A DNA stretch of 64,000 nt from positions 89,266 through 153,265 of the forward strand of contig MU619269.1 of NCBI GenBank assembly GCA_025201805.1, read 5' to 3'. The DNA comes from Parasitella parasitica NRRL 2501. Its lineage: Eukaryota > Fungi > Mucoromycota. Below, piece by piece: positions 37,593 through 50,249 of the stretch. Under the pieces are notes generated by a model. The model saw nothing but the letters and a program-made list of their open reading frames with translations. It ran no database searches and was not told the origin of the DNA. A program made the translations under genes and the position numbers. Numbering within the stretch: position 1 is the stretch's first letter; the number at the start of each line of letters is the position of its first letter.

Positions 37593-40500
37593 ATGTATAA
37601 TGCAATGATTCCTATAGCACCTGCAGCGCCCAATTCAACAAGCAAGACAACAAACATTCATAGGAAGAAGCGCACAAGAGCAAAGCGTAGCTGTGACCTG
37701 TGTCGAAAGAAAAAGACTCGCTGTGATAGCGATGTCAATCAACCTTGCACAAAATGCAAGCTTGCGAACGCTGAGTGCCAGTTTCTCGTAGAGCAAAAGA
37801 AACGGGGCCCTTCATCAGGGTGAGTCGTCTATTTTTTTGATATAATGTGATTCCATCTGAATTCGTCTTTTGTAGGAGCTATGTGGAAGTTCTAGAGAAT
37901 AGACTGCTGCGTATGGAAAAACTGCTACAGAACATTGCAAAAGAGAAGAGTCAGGATCCCATAGACAAAGATGATGCCAATTCCTCTAGTGTTGACCGAG
38001 ACGGGTATGCTAATCCCTCGCCTCCATTAAAGAACCTTTGTTTTCTTAACTCTGCAAGCCTCGCTGAAGACCAAGATGCAGAGGCAATGCCTGAGCACTT
38101 GGACGACAACGACGACGATGACGCCGCGGCTTCACCCAACATGTCATGCCCAATGAAACAGCTGGATGCTGGTGTGATAGAGAAGCAAATGCAGCAACTC
38201 ACAATATCCGATTATCAACGCACCCGCTATCTCGGTGCAAGTTCGGGTGTCCATTTCTTGAATCAAGAACTATTCAGCACCAACAAGAAGCATCGCATAC
38301 CAGAAGAGCCTTCCTGGTTTGTCCAGAAACTGAACAAAGACGAGGAAGAACATGTCATCATCAAGAGCAAAGAAGTGCTGCAGGCCACATTGAATATCGG
38401 ACAGGACGGCATGATCAACCGTATCGCCCTGTTTGAAGATACCCCACATATGACTCAAGAATTCGTTGACTATCTGGTTCACATGCAAGTAGCGAATGCA
38501 TAAAAAAAAAAAAAAAAGTCAGGCATACCAAAAGCTAATATCCTTTTTTTTTTAGGTACTTTACTCGTATTCACAGTTATTGTCCAATCATCAACAAAGT
38601 TCAATTTCTTGAGCAATACTACTATCACAGCCCCTCACCTCCTGACAAATACTTGCTGTATGCTATAGTGTTTATCGGCATATCCATTTTCAAGACTGAT
38701 ATTACAAACGCCAAAATTTTTAATTTCTCGGCCAGTGAATTGAACGAAATAGAAGAGTCCATGAAGACCAAGGCACACAAGCTATTGAGCATTGTGTATA
38801 AAAGATCCATGATCAGCACTGTACAGGCATTGATGTTATTGAGCATGTTTATGGGACATGGCGAGAACGATGACGAAGACACAAGCCATTGGTTCATCAC
38901 AGGCATGGCTATTCGTATGGCACAGGACTTGGGTCTTCACCGCGATTGTTCAAAATGGCTGATTCCGGATTATGAGATTGAGCTTCGAAAGCGCATTTGG
39001 TTTGGTGCTTATCTGATGGATCGATGGGTTGCTGCTGAATTGGGAAGACCGATATCGATCATCGACAATGAATTTGACGTAGAACTGCCTTCGCCTTATG
39101 AATTGAATTATACATCGTCAATACACTCAGAAAAGACGAGTTTTACACCCATCTTGATATTGGAGGCGGAAGAGGCATTGGAGGGAAACAAGCCAGTATA
39201 TTCGTCATTTGTATATTTGGTAACACTATCACAGATCACAGGCCAAGTCTTGGTAGGCCTTCATTCTACCAGAGCAAAGCAGAACCGACACAATAGTCTA
39301 GAACTTGTCAACATTCTCGATCGCAACTTGAACAATTGGAAGACTTCCTTGCCTCCAGAGCTGCAGGTTGATTTGAGCAACCCCAGCCATTACTTTAGCA
39401 CACCGGCTGGAGTGGTGAATATGGCTTATGGCTGCGTTTTGCTGCTGCTGTATCGGCCATTTATCAGAAATCATCAAAACGACAATACGAATCTCGCATT
39501 CAAAGCGCTCAGTATCTGCACGGCAACTGCCACCAATTTGCTTGCCATTGTAGAGGCAATGGAACGAGATTATTTCGTTGCGTTACCTTGGAACATGTCA
39601 GTTTAGTAAGTTGAAATGCAATTTAATATAATTTTTTTTTTTTTTTATATTAATTTGACACACTTGCATATTTTAAGCTCGATATTCCAAGCTGCTATTG
39701 TATTCCTACATAATGCAAAAGGTGAAAATGAATTCGTCAAGGAACAAGGCCGTCAGCATTTGCTTAGATCCTCAAAGGTGTACCTGAATGACCCCTACCT
39801 CAAGAATACTCGTGTCGTCAAAGTCCTCCAATCGTTAGTAGAGAACTTTGATGTCCAAATGGAGGATAGCAATAGTCATCGTAGCTCGACAGATTCTCCT
39901 GTTCAGGACTCCAGTTTGAGCCATAGGAATCAGCCTGACGAAAAAGAGCGAAACGATGGTGTTAAAGACAATTCTTTTGTAGCCAAGGCCATTGCTGAAC
40001 CAAATCGATATACGACACTGGAGGCGTCTCCAAAGGGAAAGAACTCCAGTACGTTTACAGTAACGACTGGCCACATACGTGGAAGTCAAAGTAGTGTGAA
40101 AAGCTCAAGCAGCAGCAGTTACCGTGAAACTACTCCTACAATCCCCAATCCATTCGCTACAACACCTCATTTAGGCGGAACACGCCCTGAAGACATGTTT
40201 TATTCATCGCTATCTATGGGATTTGGGAGTAACATGTTTGAGCAGCAGCAGCAACAAGGCCGGGCTATGAGCATGGACTTTGAAAAGAGCTGTTTATTTG
40301 GATCAGAAACCGTTGACCCGATCCCTGGTCGAAATATATCAGGGGCCCAGCAATGTTCGAGTATAGGAGAAGGCCAATGCTCATTAACGTATGATTCACA
40401 ACAGCACCAACGGTATCCAACAGCATCATCAACGAGCACAAACAATACAACGCCAACAGAGCCCAGCTACACTGCTCCGTCGTGCCAACAACCACAACAA

Positions 40501-40689
40501 AGCGCCAATACATTTTTGGACATTTACAACATGGAGCCGATAGCTCAACCACAGCCAACGCAATTTGATCTAGCAAGCTTAAGCTCTCAGGTACCTTTGT
40601 GGGATGTTCCAAGCGGTGTTACTTGGAATGAATGGGAATCTTTTCTCAAATCAAATGTAGATAATACAAATGCATCAACGCTAATATAA
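37593..40689 (+). CDS. Zn(II)2Cys6 transcription factor with fungal-specific TF domain; spliced
   Basis: SCDLCRKKKTRCD...CTKCKLANAEC; AIRMAQDLGLHRD...ELRKRIW...DRW...GRP. Confidence 0.93.
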
Positions 40690-40959
40690 AAAAGAGTGGA
40701 AATTTGACTTTTTTGATATTGTACCACATGTAAGAACATCCCTTTTTTTTCTCTCTCTCTCTCTCTCTCCCAGGAAAAAAAAAGTGTAGTGGTAATGACC
40801 CCCTCTTTTTTTTTTCTTTTTTTAAAAGTAATTGGGGTTACAGTTGTTGAGAGACAAGCTTTAATTTGTCGCTTAGGGCTAATATGAAACATAAAAAGAG
40901 GTTTAATTCATTGCATTAATAATACGGCGCTTGATTGAATTGCATAGTGCTTTACTTTT

Positions 40960-41810
40960 TGCAACGCCTTCGTAGGGTTGAAGTTTAAAGTAGTAAATAT
41001 TTCATTCAACTTTACAATTTGTCAGTTTGGAATGGCTATAAGGTCGTTAAAGCGTCACCAATTCTAGAAGATAGAGTCTCTTCTTTCATCAAGCGGTGGT
41101 GCTTCATCTTTCTTTTCGCTAAAGACCAGAACTACTCAATAGGATTTGTCTCATCCGAACAAAGAGGGAGATATATTACTCTATAACCTCTAGCTTCGAT
41201 TTTTCGAATCATCGGTTTAGATTTATAAATGCTAGCATTATCCATCACTAAATAGCTAATCTTTAAATCCTCATCCTCACCCATTTTATCAAATTAATGA
41301 ACTTGATAAAATGGCCAGTTGTTGTGCCTTTTAGTATCAACTTTACACTGGCATCATCCTCTGGGGCAGCTTCGTCGTGGTTCGCCTCAGCAACAGCCCT
41401 CTTCTTCCCACTGTCACCCTTTCTCTTCTTTTTAGCAGCAGATTTGGAAAGAGACTTGTTAAAAACGACAGACGAATGGATAGCACCGATATTTGAGTGG
41501 GAGGTTACTCTTGTTTTTGGTGTTTTTACTACAGCAATTTTTTGTGTAGCCCGGATCTTGGTCCTTCCAATTCATAAACCACTGGTGTCTTGTCTCCGGA
41601 TTGTCAGTAGAGTTCCTGACTTTGGCTTTAAAATTGAGGATTTTTAACAGTAATCTGCATAGTATTCCTCAAATGGTGATTAAGCTGCGACTTTGACGAC
41701 ATGGAAAGGTCCTGGAACTGTCGTATAATGTCGTCAGCAAATAGTCGAGAATCGTCCTCTAGCAAATTCTTTATATAATCCTCACTGTATGAAAATACTC
41801 ATTACGAAAA
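40960..41810 (-). mobile_element. Decayed Tc1/mariner (DDE_3) transposase remnant
   Basis: KGTTTGHFIKFIN*...YLVMDNASIYK...RGYRVIYLPLCSDETNPIE*FW with stops and frameshifts. No TIR found; boundaries approximate. Confidence 0.85.
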
Positions 41811-42026
41811 CCCTCGTTTTATATTTTCATTTAAGGAGTGCGTAATTACCTGATTTTCATGTTGATTTGCTGTTAGTTGAAATCAGAAAAGTTGTGTTAC
41901 ATTTTTTTATTGTCAATGTGTAACTGATCATTTCGTTCTTGGTCTTCTTTATCTCTTTGTCTTGTTCTCTTTTTCTCTTTCTTTTATATATATAAATATA
42001 CGCATTTCCTTTCGAGTAAAACAAAC

Positions 42027-43132
42027 ATGGATTTTTTTGATAGGTCTTTGCTCTTTCTTTTACTAACAAGTTCAGTCAGTCTTTGCTCTGCACAAAGTAA
42101 ATGATTGTTAAGCGAAATAAATATGTTTTACATGGAAATTAATCCCTTTATTTATATATATACACAGACTGTAAAACAAACTGCTCTTCTGTCTGCTCAC
42201 CAAGCTGCTCAGGGAACGATGTTTGTACTGTAGGCACAATGACAACCTGCGGCGTCTGTCCTGTGCCAAAATGTGTGTCGAGATCGACGTTAGGTCTTCC
42301 AAACATTGAAGATTCGCAAACAGCTAAAAGTAGCAGTTCAAATGCTGGACTGATTGGAGGCCTTGTGGGAGGTTTACTGAGTGCAGGTTTAATTATTGGT
42401 GTTCTTGTATGCTTGTTTATCCGCCGTAGAAATAAAAGAAAGAATAGTCTGCCTTTGGCTATCCAAAACAAGCAACTAAGCAGCAATTTAACAAAGAATA
42501 GAGAAATGCAAGAGGGAGCGGGTCGCCAAGCTATGTCTGGTGTTATTCCAGTAACTTTTATACCTCCTACTGCAAGTGGTCATAACAGCGTTTATGCAGA
42601 ATCACAAGCAAAAGCACCTCACTCTTCTCATGGCATCAACAATGTTGAAAACCCTTTCAACGATCGTCCTATCTCCAATGCACACAGCATCTTGACAAAC
42701 ACAACGACTACGACTGATTATCGTAGTAGACGAGGTTCATCCGAATCAAATATCAGCCGTCAACAGATTGCAACGGTTGCTCAAGCAACTCAAATTACAA
42801 GAGCAAAACCACAAATCATGCGAGTCAACACCGTATTGGTAAAGAACGGGCCTACCCGTAGTGGGTCATTCAAAAAGACAATACAACCCGAGAGAACAAA
42901 TCCATTGAACCCTACATCAACTATAGCAGCTTCTCAAGCACAATTATCAGCAGTTACAGCAACAACAATTGACGAAGAAAACCCTTTTGATGATAAGAAT
43001 ATTGCCACTACATCGCCAACTAAATCTAACACTGATAATGTTGTTACTGGCCCTAGAGATAACAAGGCCACTGATAGTCTTGTGTCTGCTCCAGGCGATG
43101 GAGAAATCACAATCTTTTGGCATGGGAGCTAA
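42027..43132 (+). CDS. Opy2-like single-pass membrane protein (signal peptide, Cys-rich ectodomain, TM, disordered tail); intron 42097-42167
   Basis: MDFFDRSLLFLLLTSSVSLCSA then CSSVCSPSCSGNDVC...TTCGVCPVPKC, TM GLIGGLVGGLL...FI followed by RRRNKRK; SGVIPVTFIPP resembles the Opy2 juxtamembrane motif. Confidence 0.65.
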
Positions 43133-43933
43133 ATATACAATTCAAAGATTATGCTTACTTCACCCTTGTTTACATAATTGTATTATAGCAACTACATCAA
43201 TATCATTTTATATCATTTCTTAAAATACATTGTTAAAACTAAATTTATACGACGGCATTTGAATATACCTAAAACCCCGAAATTTTTAAACGTAAATCCT
43301 AATTCGAATGGCGTTTAAATGATTATTCTTGCAAAAAAAGCAAAAACGAGTCTTTGTATCTAGGGAAATGTCTAGTAATTATACTTGATGCATTTGATGC
43401 TCGTTAAAAAGTTTCAAGTTCTACATTTCATAGTATACATAAGCATTGTGATCCTAGAATTATGCATAAAATACGGTTTAAATCCTTTCTCGTAGTTTAA
43501 ACACAGGTCGACCCTCAAATGTCATTTTTACATCTCGGCCAAGGAGAAGTGGAAACATGTAAACTGCTATCAATAATTAGCATGGAGGATATAAAATGGA
43601 ATTTGATTTTTGCCGTCTGTTTAACCTTTACTGTTGGCGCTTATCATGCTATATGCAATATGAAATATGCATGATAATATAATCAACAGGATTTCCTCTT
43701 AAAGTTTGCATTTTTTGTGTAGCTCTGTATTACGGAAAATTTATGTTATACTTATATGTTTGCTGCTGCAGACAACCTTCATCGTTTCTTTCATATGTTA
43801 CACTGCAAACTAAAGATCACTTCATCTATAATAGAGAGCAGATACCGTGACTGGATCAAGATCTAGTTTTCACAGATGAAAGATAAGCGGTTATATAATT
43901 ACATGCTTAGCATTGGTCGAATTAATGTCAAGT

Positions 43934-43940
43934 TGACTCA
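43934..43940 (+). promoter_or_regulatory. Gcn4/CpcA-type site upstream of aspartokinase
   Basis: TGACTCA about 80 bp before ATG 44021. Confidence 0.5.
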
Positions 43941-44020
43941 CTTTTTTTTTTTCCATGTTGGCTTTAAGTAACAAGGAATTCTTTTTCTTCTTCTTCATAT
44001 AGACTATATATTTAATTAGA

Positions 44021-45789
44021 ATGGTACGCACTTACACATACAATAATTCGCCTGGACTCCCCTGGGTCGTTCAAAAATTTGGTGGTACCAGCATTGGGAA
44101 GTTTTTGGACAACATTGCTAATGAAGTTATCAAGTAATGTTTAGTTAAATTAAAAGACATTGAGCACATTAATTGACTGTATATAACAGAGAATATGTCA
44201 AACAGAATCGTCTTGTTGTCGTTTGCTCAGCAAGAAGTGGAAAGGATAAGCAAACCGGAACTACAAATAGACTCATCCGTGCTGCCAACGATGCTCTAAA
44301 ACCGGGATCTAAGGAATATTTGGATATTGTAGCAGCTCTCTTAGAAGACCATCTTGCAGTCGCTATGGAAATGATTCATAACGACGAAATTAGACAAGAG
44401 TTAGAGGATGATATCAGGTCTGATTGCGACAAATTAAAGTCTTTCTTGGAAGCTGCTCAGATCATCAACGAGATCTCGCCCAGATCTAAAGATATTATTA
44501 TTGGTGTTGGTGAAAAGCTATCATGTAGAATTGTTGCTGCTGTTTTACAAGATAGGGTATAAATACAGTCAAAGGGCCTGGCTTTTGCATAGATTAATTA
44601 ACCTTTTCGTAGGATGTGGATGCTCAGTTTGTATCTCTAGAGAATATCATTGATCGTGATTTTGACAAATTAGATCAAGAGTTTTATGATTATCTTGCCA
44701 AAAAGATGGCTCATGCTGTCGAACAATGCGGCAACAAGGTTCCTGTAGTTACTGGTAAAAAAAAATCATTCTAGTTTGTAGAGAAAGTGTTATAACGGGT
44801 TATGGGTTTGTGTCGTAGGATTCTTTGGTATAGTTCCTGGTAGTTTGCTGACCTCGGTTGGTCGAGGTTACACCGACCTCTGTGCTGCCCTTACTGCTGT
44901 TGGCCTAACTGCAGAAGAGCTTCAAATTTGGAAGGAAGTGGATGGTATTTTTACAGCTGATCCTCGCAAAGTGAAGAGTGCTCGTCTTTTACCCATCATC
45001 ACTCCTGAAGAAGCCTCTGAATTGACTTATTACGGTTCTGAAGTTATCCACCCTTTCACCATGGAGCAAGTCATCCGCTCACATATTCCTATCCGTATCA
45101 AAAATGTAGAGAATCCTCGCGGACAGGGAACCATTATTTTCCCTACTGATATTGTCGCCAAGGATGGCACAGCTACTCCTCCTCATTCGCCCAAGGTGTT
45201 GGCTGAAAACGGTTATTCGCTCGATTTGTCTCGCAAGTACCCCACAGCTGTCACCATCAAAGACCATGTTATTGTTCTTAACGTTCACTCTAACCGCAAG
45301 AGTGTCAGTCATGGCTTCTTTGCAAAGATCTTTTCCACTCTGGACCGTTATGGTGTAGTAGTAGATCTTATCTCTACCTCTGAAGTCCATGTATCCATGG
45401 CCCTTGGTGAAGATAACACGGATAAAGATCTTGACCATGTCATTGCTGATTTACGTGCTGTCGGACGAGTAAGTATTTGGAAGCATAATATGTAGGACGA
45501 CATTATGTATTGATGTCGTACTTAGGTGGATGTTATCAAGGATTTAGCTATTCTCTCGCTAGTTGGTAAGCAAATGAAGAACATGGTTGGTATCGCCGGT
45601 ATGATGTTTAGTACATTGGCTTCTGCTGGTGTGAACATTGAAATGATCTCTCAAGGTTCCTCCGAAATCAATATCTCCTGCGTTATCGATGAGCGCAGTT
45701 CCATCACAGCCATGAATGTTATCCACGATCAATTATTAAGTAAGCGTGGTAATCTTGTTTTACCTTCTGTCAAATTAGCGCTAGATTAA
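44021..45789 (+). CDS. HOM3: Aspartate kinase; spliced
   Basis: VQKFGGTSIGK, GRGYTDL, IWKEVDGIFTADP, two ACT domains (ISTSEVHVS, ISQGSSEINISC). Confidence 0.96.
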
Positions 45790-45947
45790 CTATTTTCCTC
45801 TCCCTCATTTTCATACACACACACATATCCAAAATAAACTTCAATTGCACATTTGTACCTTAGCTGTTAACAAACTAGATATTCGAATAATTTATTGTTA
45901 TATTCAGATATTTACATTCTATGGATATGCTGCTACGCTTTAAGAAT

Positions 45948-47291
45948 TCAAAAATTGTTAATAGTAACCTTCGAAAACGGAACATCCAAGATTTCAGTGG
46001 GTATATTACTACGACCTACAATGACACCATTCTCGCTTACACAGCCAAATACTTCAGGGACGACACTAGCTTCATCAGGGATTTGTACAGGTACGGCGTC
46101 AATTGTATGATCCTTTCCACTAACACCAAATACAATTTCGTTTTTTTTGATAGGATCGCTAGACACATTCTTAAACTCGAGAGTCCTCTTTCGCATAAAC
46201 TATTTCATAGACAATTGAATATGCTTATGTTACTGTTATTGGCTTCAAAGAGTCAGATATATAGTTACCTGGACAATTTGTCCAATCTGCAAATCTGCAG
46301 TTGTATCAATAGACATGTTGCCTCTACCAGGATCACCACTAGTGATGCGGCTCATAGTAGCATCATCTTTAGAGTTTTCGTCTTTCCCAGGAGGGTATAT
46401 CTCCAAATAAAACTCTTCGTCTTTCGAAAGCTTTGGGCCGCCTTGAATCAAACGTAACAGCAAACCGGTAGCACCTCCATCATCCAAATCCAGAATGATG
46501 TTACCACGGCAACGAGTAATCTTCAGTGGGCTGCCCATTTTCTCCATAGCAGTGTGAGTTACTTGGACGCTGAAAGGTTTGTTTGGTTTGGTGTATGAGG
46601 CAAACCCAACAATACCAGAGCCCATGATATCCCCATCCGACTTGAATAAAGTGTAGGGCTCCCCTGTGACAAAAGGCGTAGAAGCTCCAACAATACCCAC
46701 CTTGGGTACATCAGGATAATGATGATCTAATGCTTGCATTAGTTGATCTGGCTCGTTATCGGAGACTGTAAAGATGAAAGAAGGCTTTTTTTCAAGACCT
46801 GGTGGAAGCTTATACGACTGTACTGGGGTGCTGACAGAACCAAACTTCTTCCAACCAACTTTATCAATGTGCTCGCTTTGATATTTGATTCTCTCTGTAT
46901 CATCAACGCGGCCCCATCTACCTACAGCTATATTACGGATTTTAAGTCTGCCCTGGCTGTCATTGACTATAAACGGTACAATATCCTCTTCGAAGCCGAG
47001 TAACAATGAGATGCCATGGTTTACCTGGGCTACTCGATCGACCACACCACCAATAAGGTATTTGGGTTCAAGCTTTGATTGTAATTCATGGGTTAATTTA
47101 CGGTAATGATCAAGAGAATATGATTTGGAGGCTAAAACTACGCAAACATCGGGTTTTTTCTGATTGAGAGTGTCCAGCGAAGCTTGCATGCACTCTTCAA
47201 TGGTAGCTCCTGTTGCAGTCAACTTTGTCCAGTATGTGCGCGAATATCGTGGTGTCTTTGCAAGGCACTTTCGAGTAAATGTGGAAAGCAT
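45948..47291 (-). CDS. FIST-domain protein with probable mitochondrial presequence; spliced
   Basis: LIGGVVD, VGIVGASTPF, ITRCRGNIILDLD, LQIGQIVQF, FGCVSENG motifs; basic N-terminus without acidic residues. Confidence 0.6.
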
Positions 47292-47483
47292 GATTAGTGT
47301 AAGTTAATTAATGCCAATAAAAGAAAAAGAGAAAAGAGCAAACAGACTATGCCTCGATCCCCCCCCCCCCAATGTACGTACATGAAGGAGAATTCATCTC
47401 AGCAAAGGTGTCAAATTGATGTGTTGTTTGCTCTATTTTATTGATGTGTAATACAGTATGTACAAATATATCTATGAATCTGT

Positions 47484-49981
47484 CTATTTTTTATCCATGT
47501 TCTTTTTCTTTTTCTTAGTCGTAGGGCCACCCGACATGCTAGCAGCACTGGTGATAGCAAACTCACCAGCATGATCAAAGTTTCTTTTTAGGGGATTATT
47601 GATGTTTTTCTTGGGTCCTGCTGGCTTTTCCTTGCCTTCAAATTTCTTCATGCCAGGCATGCGCTCATTTTTTGCCTCCTTTCTCTTTTTTCCCTTGGTC
47701 TTTTCATGGATATTGGAAGGTGCTTCTCGTAAAGCAAACGACTTTGCTAAATGACCTAAATGAAGTCTTTTGACATGGAAAATGTGCTTTTCTGCAGCAG
47801 GATGAGTAGCATAAGCACGGCAGGTGGACCAGAAAGCTTTGCGAGCCAACATGATACGCTGAGAATAGTCATGTTAATAATGCATTCAATTTTAAATTCT
47901 GTTCAATAACTTACACTCTCGTCAGAGAGAATATAATTTTCCATGGTATTTTGTAACTCCTGTGCAGGTGTTTGGAAATCGTCTTGATATTCTGCAATGT
48001 TTTTCAAAATGGTTTCCATTGCGACGGATTCAGGGAATAAGTCTTGAGCTTTTAAAATGTCGAGATAATCCGTTTCACTTGGCAACAAGAACAGCATGGC
48101 TTCGCCTGCCTTCCCAAGACGAGCAGTACGACCAACACGATGCACATAATCCTTGAGATCAGTGGGAACGTCATATTGAATAATTCTATCAACATTGGGT
48201 AAATCTAAACCACGCGCAGCTACATCAGTACAAAAGAGAACGCCCGCTTTAGCTTTACTAAACTCGCTAAATGTTTTTGAACGAATTTGTTGATTCAAAT
48301 CACCATGAAGACGAAACACAGGCTTTTCTAGAAGCAATGTACTGACTTGACTAGCTTCTTCAGCCATCTTTTTGCTTTTTTTACCATTAGTTTCCTCTTC
48401 TAATGCAACATCATCGGAGCGATTACTCTTAAAGTTCTTGTTGTTACCAGTGAGCTGTCTGGTAAACTTTGTTGCTTCCCCTTTACCAACAATTTTGTCT
48501 AGTGCCTTCTTCATGATTTTGGTTTCATCATCTTGGTCATCGTCCTCATCATCGGAATCGTCATCCATAATAGGTTTGCCAGCATTACCGAATAAATCAA
48601 AGTGGAAATCGACGGAATCGCAACAAGAAAAGAACACAATGACTTTACTATCCATGTTTTTCTTTTGGCGTTTGTCGTAGAAGCAAGATCGAAGTAATGC
48701 TAGCAAGTTTATCAAACGTAACTTTGCAGGCACAATGGTATATGATTGCTTCAGTTGATTTGGTGTTAAAAATTTTATTTCCTCGTCTTGTTCGTCTTTA
48801 AATGAATCCGTTTTCAGTAATTTCGATGCGTCTCGCTTGGAATCTGTGCCACTCACAAAGGCTGGTTTCTCCAAAGACCAACCAGCCAATTCCTTGACAT
48901 CATCTCTCAATGTAGCGGAACATAATACGGTTTGTCTCTTTTTTGGCCAGAACTTGGAGTTCATCGATTGCTTGTATTTAGGTGATCCTCCTTGTTTTGT
49001 CCTTTCATCAATGATATTCATAATTTTCTTGAGTGTCTCTTCAAACCCCAAATCCAACAATCGATCTGCCTCATCCAAAACCAGCCATTTCAGGTTACTA
49101 ATATCGAAGCTCTTTGTGTTCTCCAAATGATCCAAAAGACGGCCAGGCGTGCTGACCAATACATTGATACCTTTTCTCAAACGAGCCTTTTCTTTTGCCT
49201 TGGAGTCGCCGCCAATGACAATACCAGGCACAATCCAATGCAAACGCCGTACGTTTTCGTCTTTAGGTCGAGGTAAATTGACAAGCGTGGTCAAAACACC
49301 TAGAACTTGCTGTGCCAATTCTCGAGTAGGTGTCAAAATGATTGCCACTGTCCCTATCATACGATCACCGAATGGCAATTCGCTTTGTTTGATGACATCC
49401 TTTGGTGCAGTCGAGGCAGATATCAAACGGTTTACGATTGGAAGAAGATAGGTAAGCGTCTTACCAGAGCCAGTTTCCGCTTGAACGACAACATCGACAT
49501 CTTCCTTGGGAAAAGGGGACGCAGGGCCCATTATAACTGGAATTGCTTTGGCTTGAACATTGGTAGGCGTGATGACATTGAATTTGTTGACTAGATGATC
49601 AGCAAGGTCAGACTGGATGCCAATGCCTGTGAACGAGCTGGAATCAGTGGGAGCATTGCTGGCACCTTCTCGAGTATTGATGGCTTTCTTGCGATAAGTT
49701 GTGGGGATGTCTGGATTGGAAGAAAAAAGAGACGATGCAATTTGAGCCCTACCATGGAGCACTTTGGTGCCTGGAGCAAGTCCACTAGCCACCGCTGTTG
49801 TTGCTTCATCTTCTTCTTTGTTCGCTGGCGCTTGAGGAGTGTCGCCGATGACGGTCTGTGAAGCGATTGCTTTCACTCGGTGAGTCTTCTGAACACCACG
49901 AGTGTTTCCTTTCTTGACAGCGGGACTTTCGCTGCGCTTGGGTGTGGTACTAAAGTTCAAAAGAATACCATCGTCCTCCAT
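47484..49981 (-). CDS. DBP7: DEAD-box RNA helicase Dbp7/DDX31; spliced
   Basis: [10 protein letters not shown] start, [52 protein letters not shown]. Confidence 0.95.
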
Positions 49982-50021
49982 TTTGAGCTGTGAAAGAAAA
50001 AGATCGAAATCAAAAAAGAGA

Positions 50022-50035
50022 TGAAAATTTTTTCA
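50022..50035 (-). promoter_or_regulatory. RRPE-like element upstream of DBP7
   Basis: TGAAAAAATTTTCA on the minus strand, about 40 bp before the DBP7 ATG. Confidence 0.4.
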
Positions 50036-50249
50036 GCAGCCTTAAATACCTGTTGTTGGGATTCAAAAAGCCATGATGCATAGAACAGCAATGCTGGATC
50101 ATGGACTTGCAGAGCTGTCTCCATCAAATAAACCAGATGCCTTCCATTGATCTCTCCACCACTGGAAAACTGAGTCTTTGAAAAAAAGAACAAGAAGAAA
50201 AAAAAAGAGTGTGTTTATCAAGCCTCAGCTTTATTTCAACAGTTCACTA

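Noticed and set aside
41297-41647. 116-aa plus-strand ORF
   Set aside because: Antisense to the decayed transposase.
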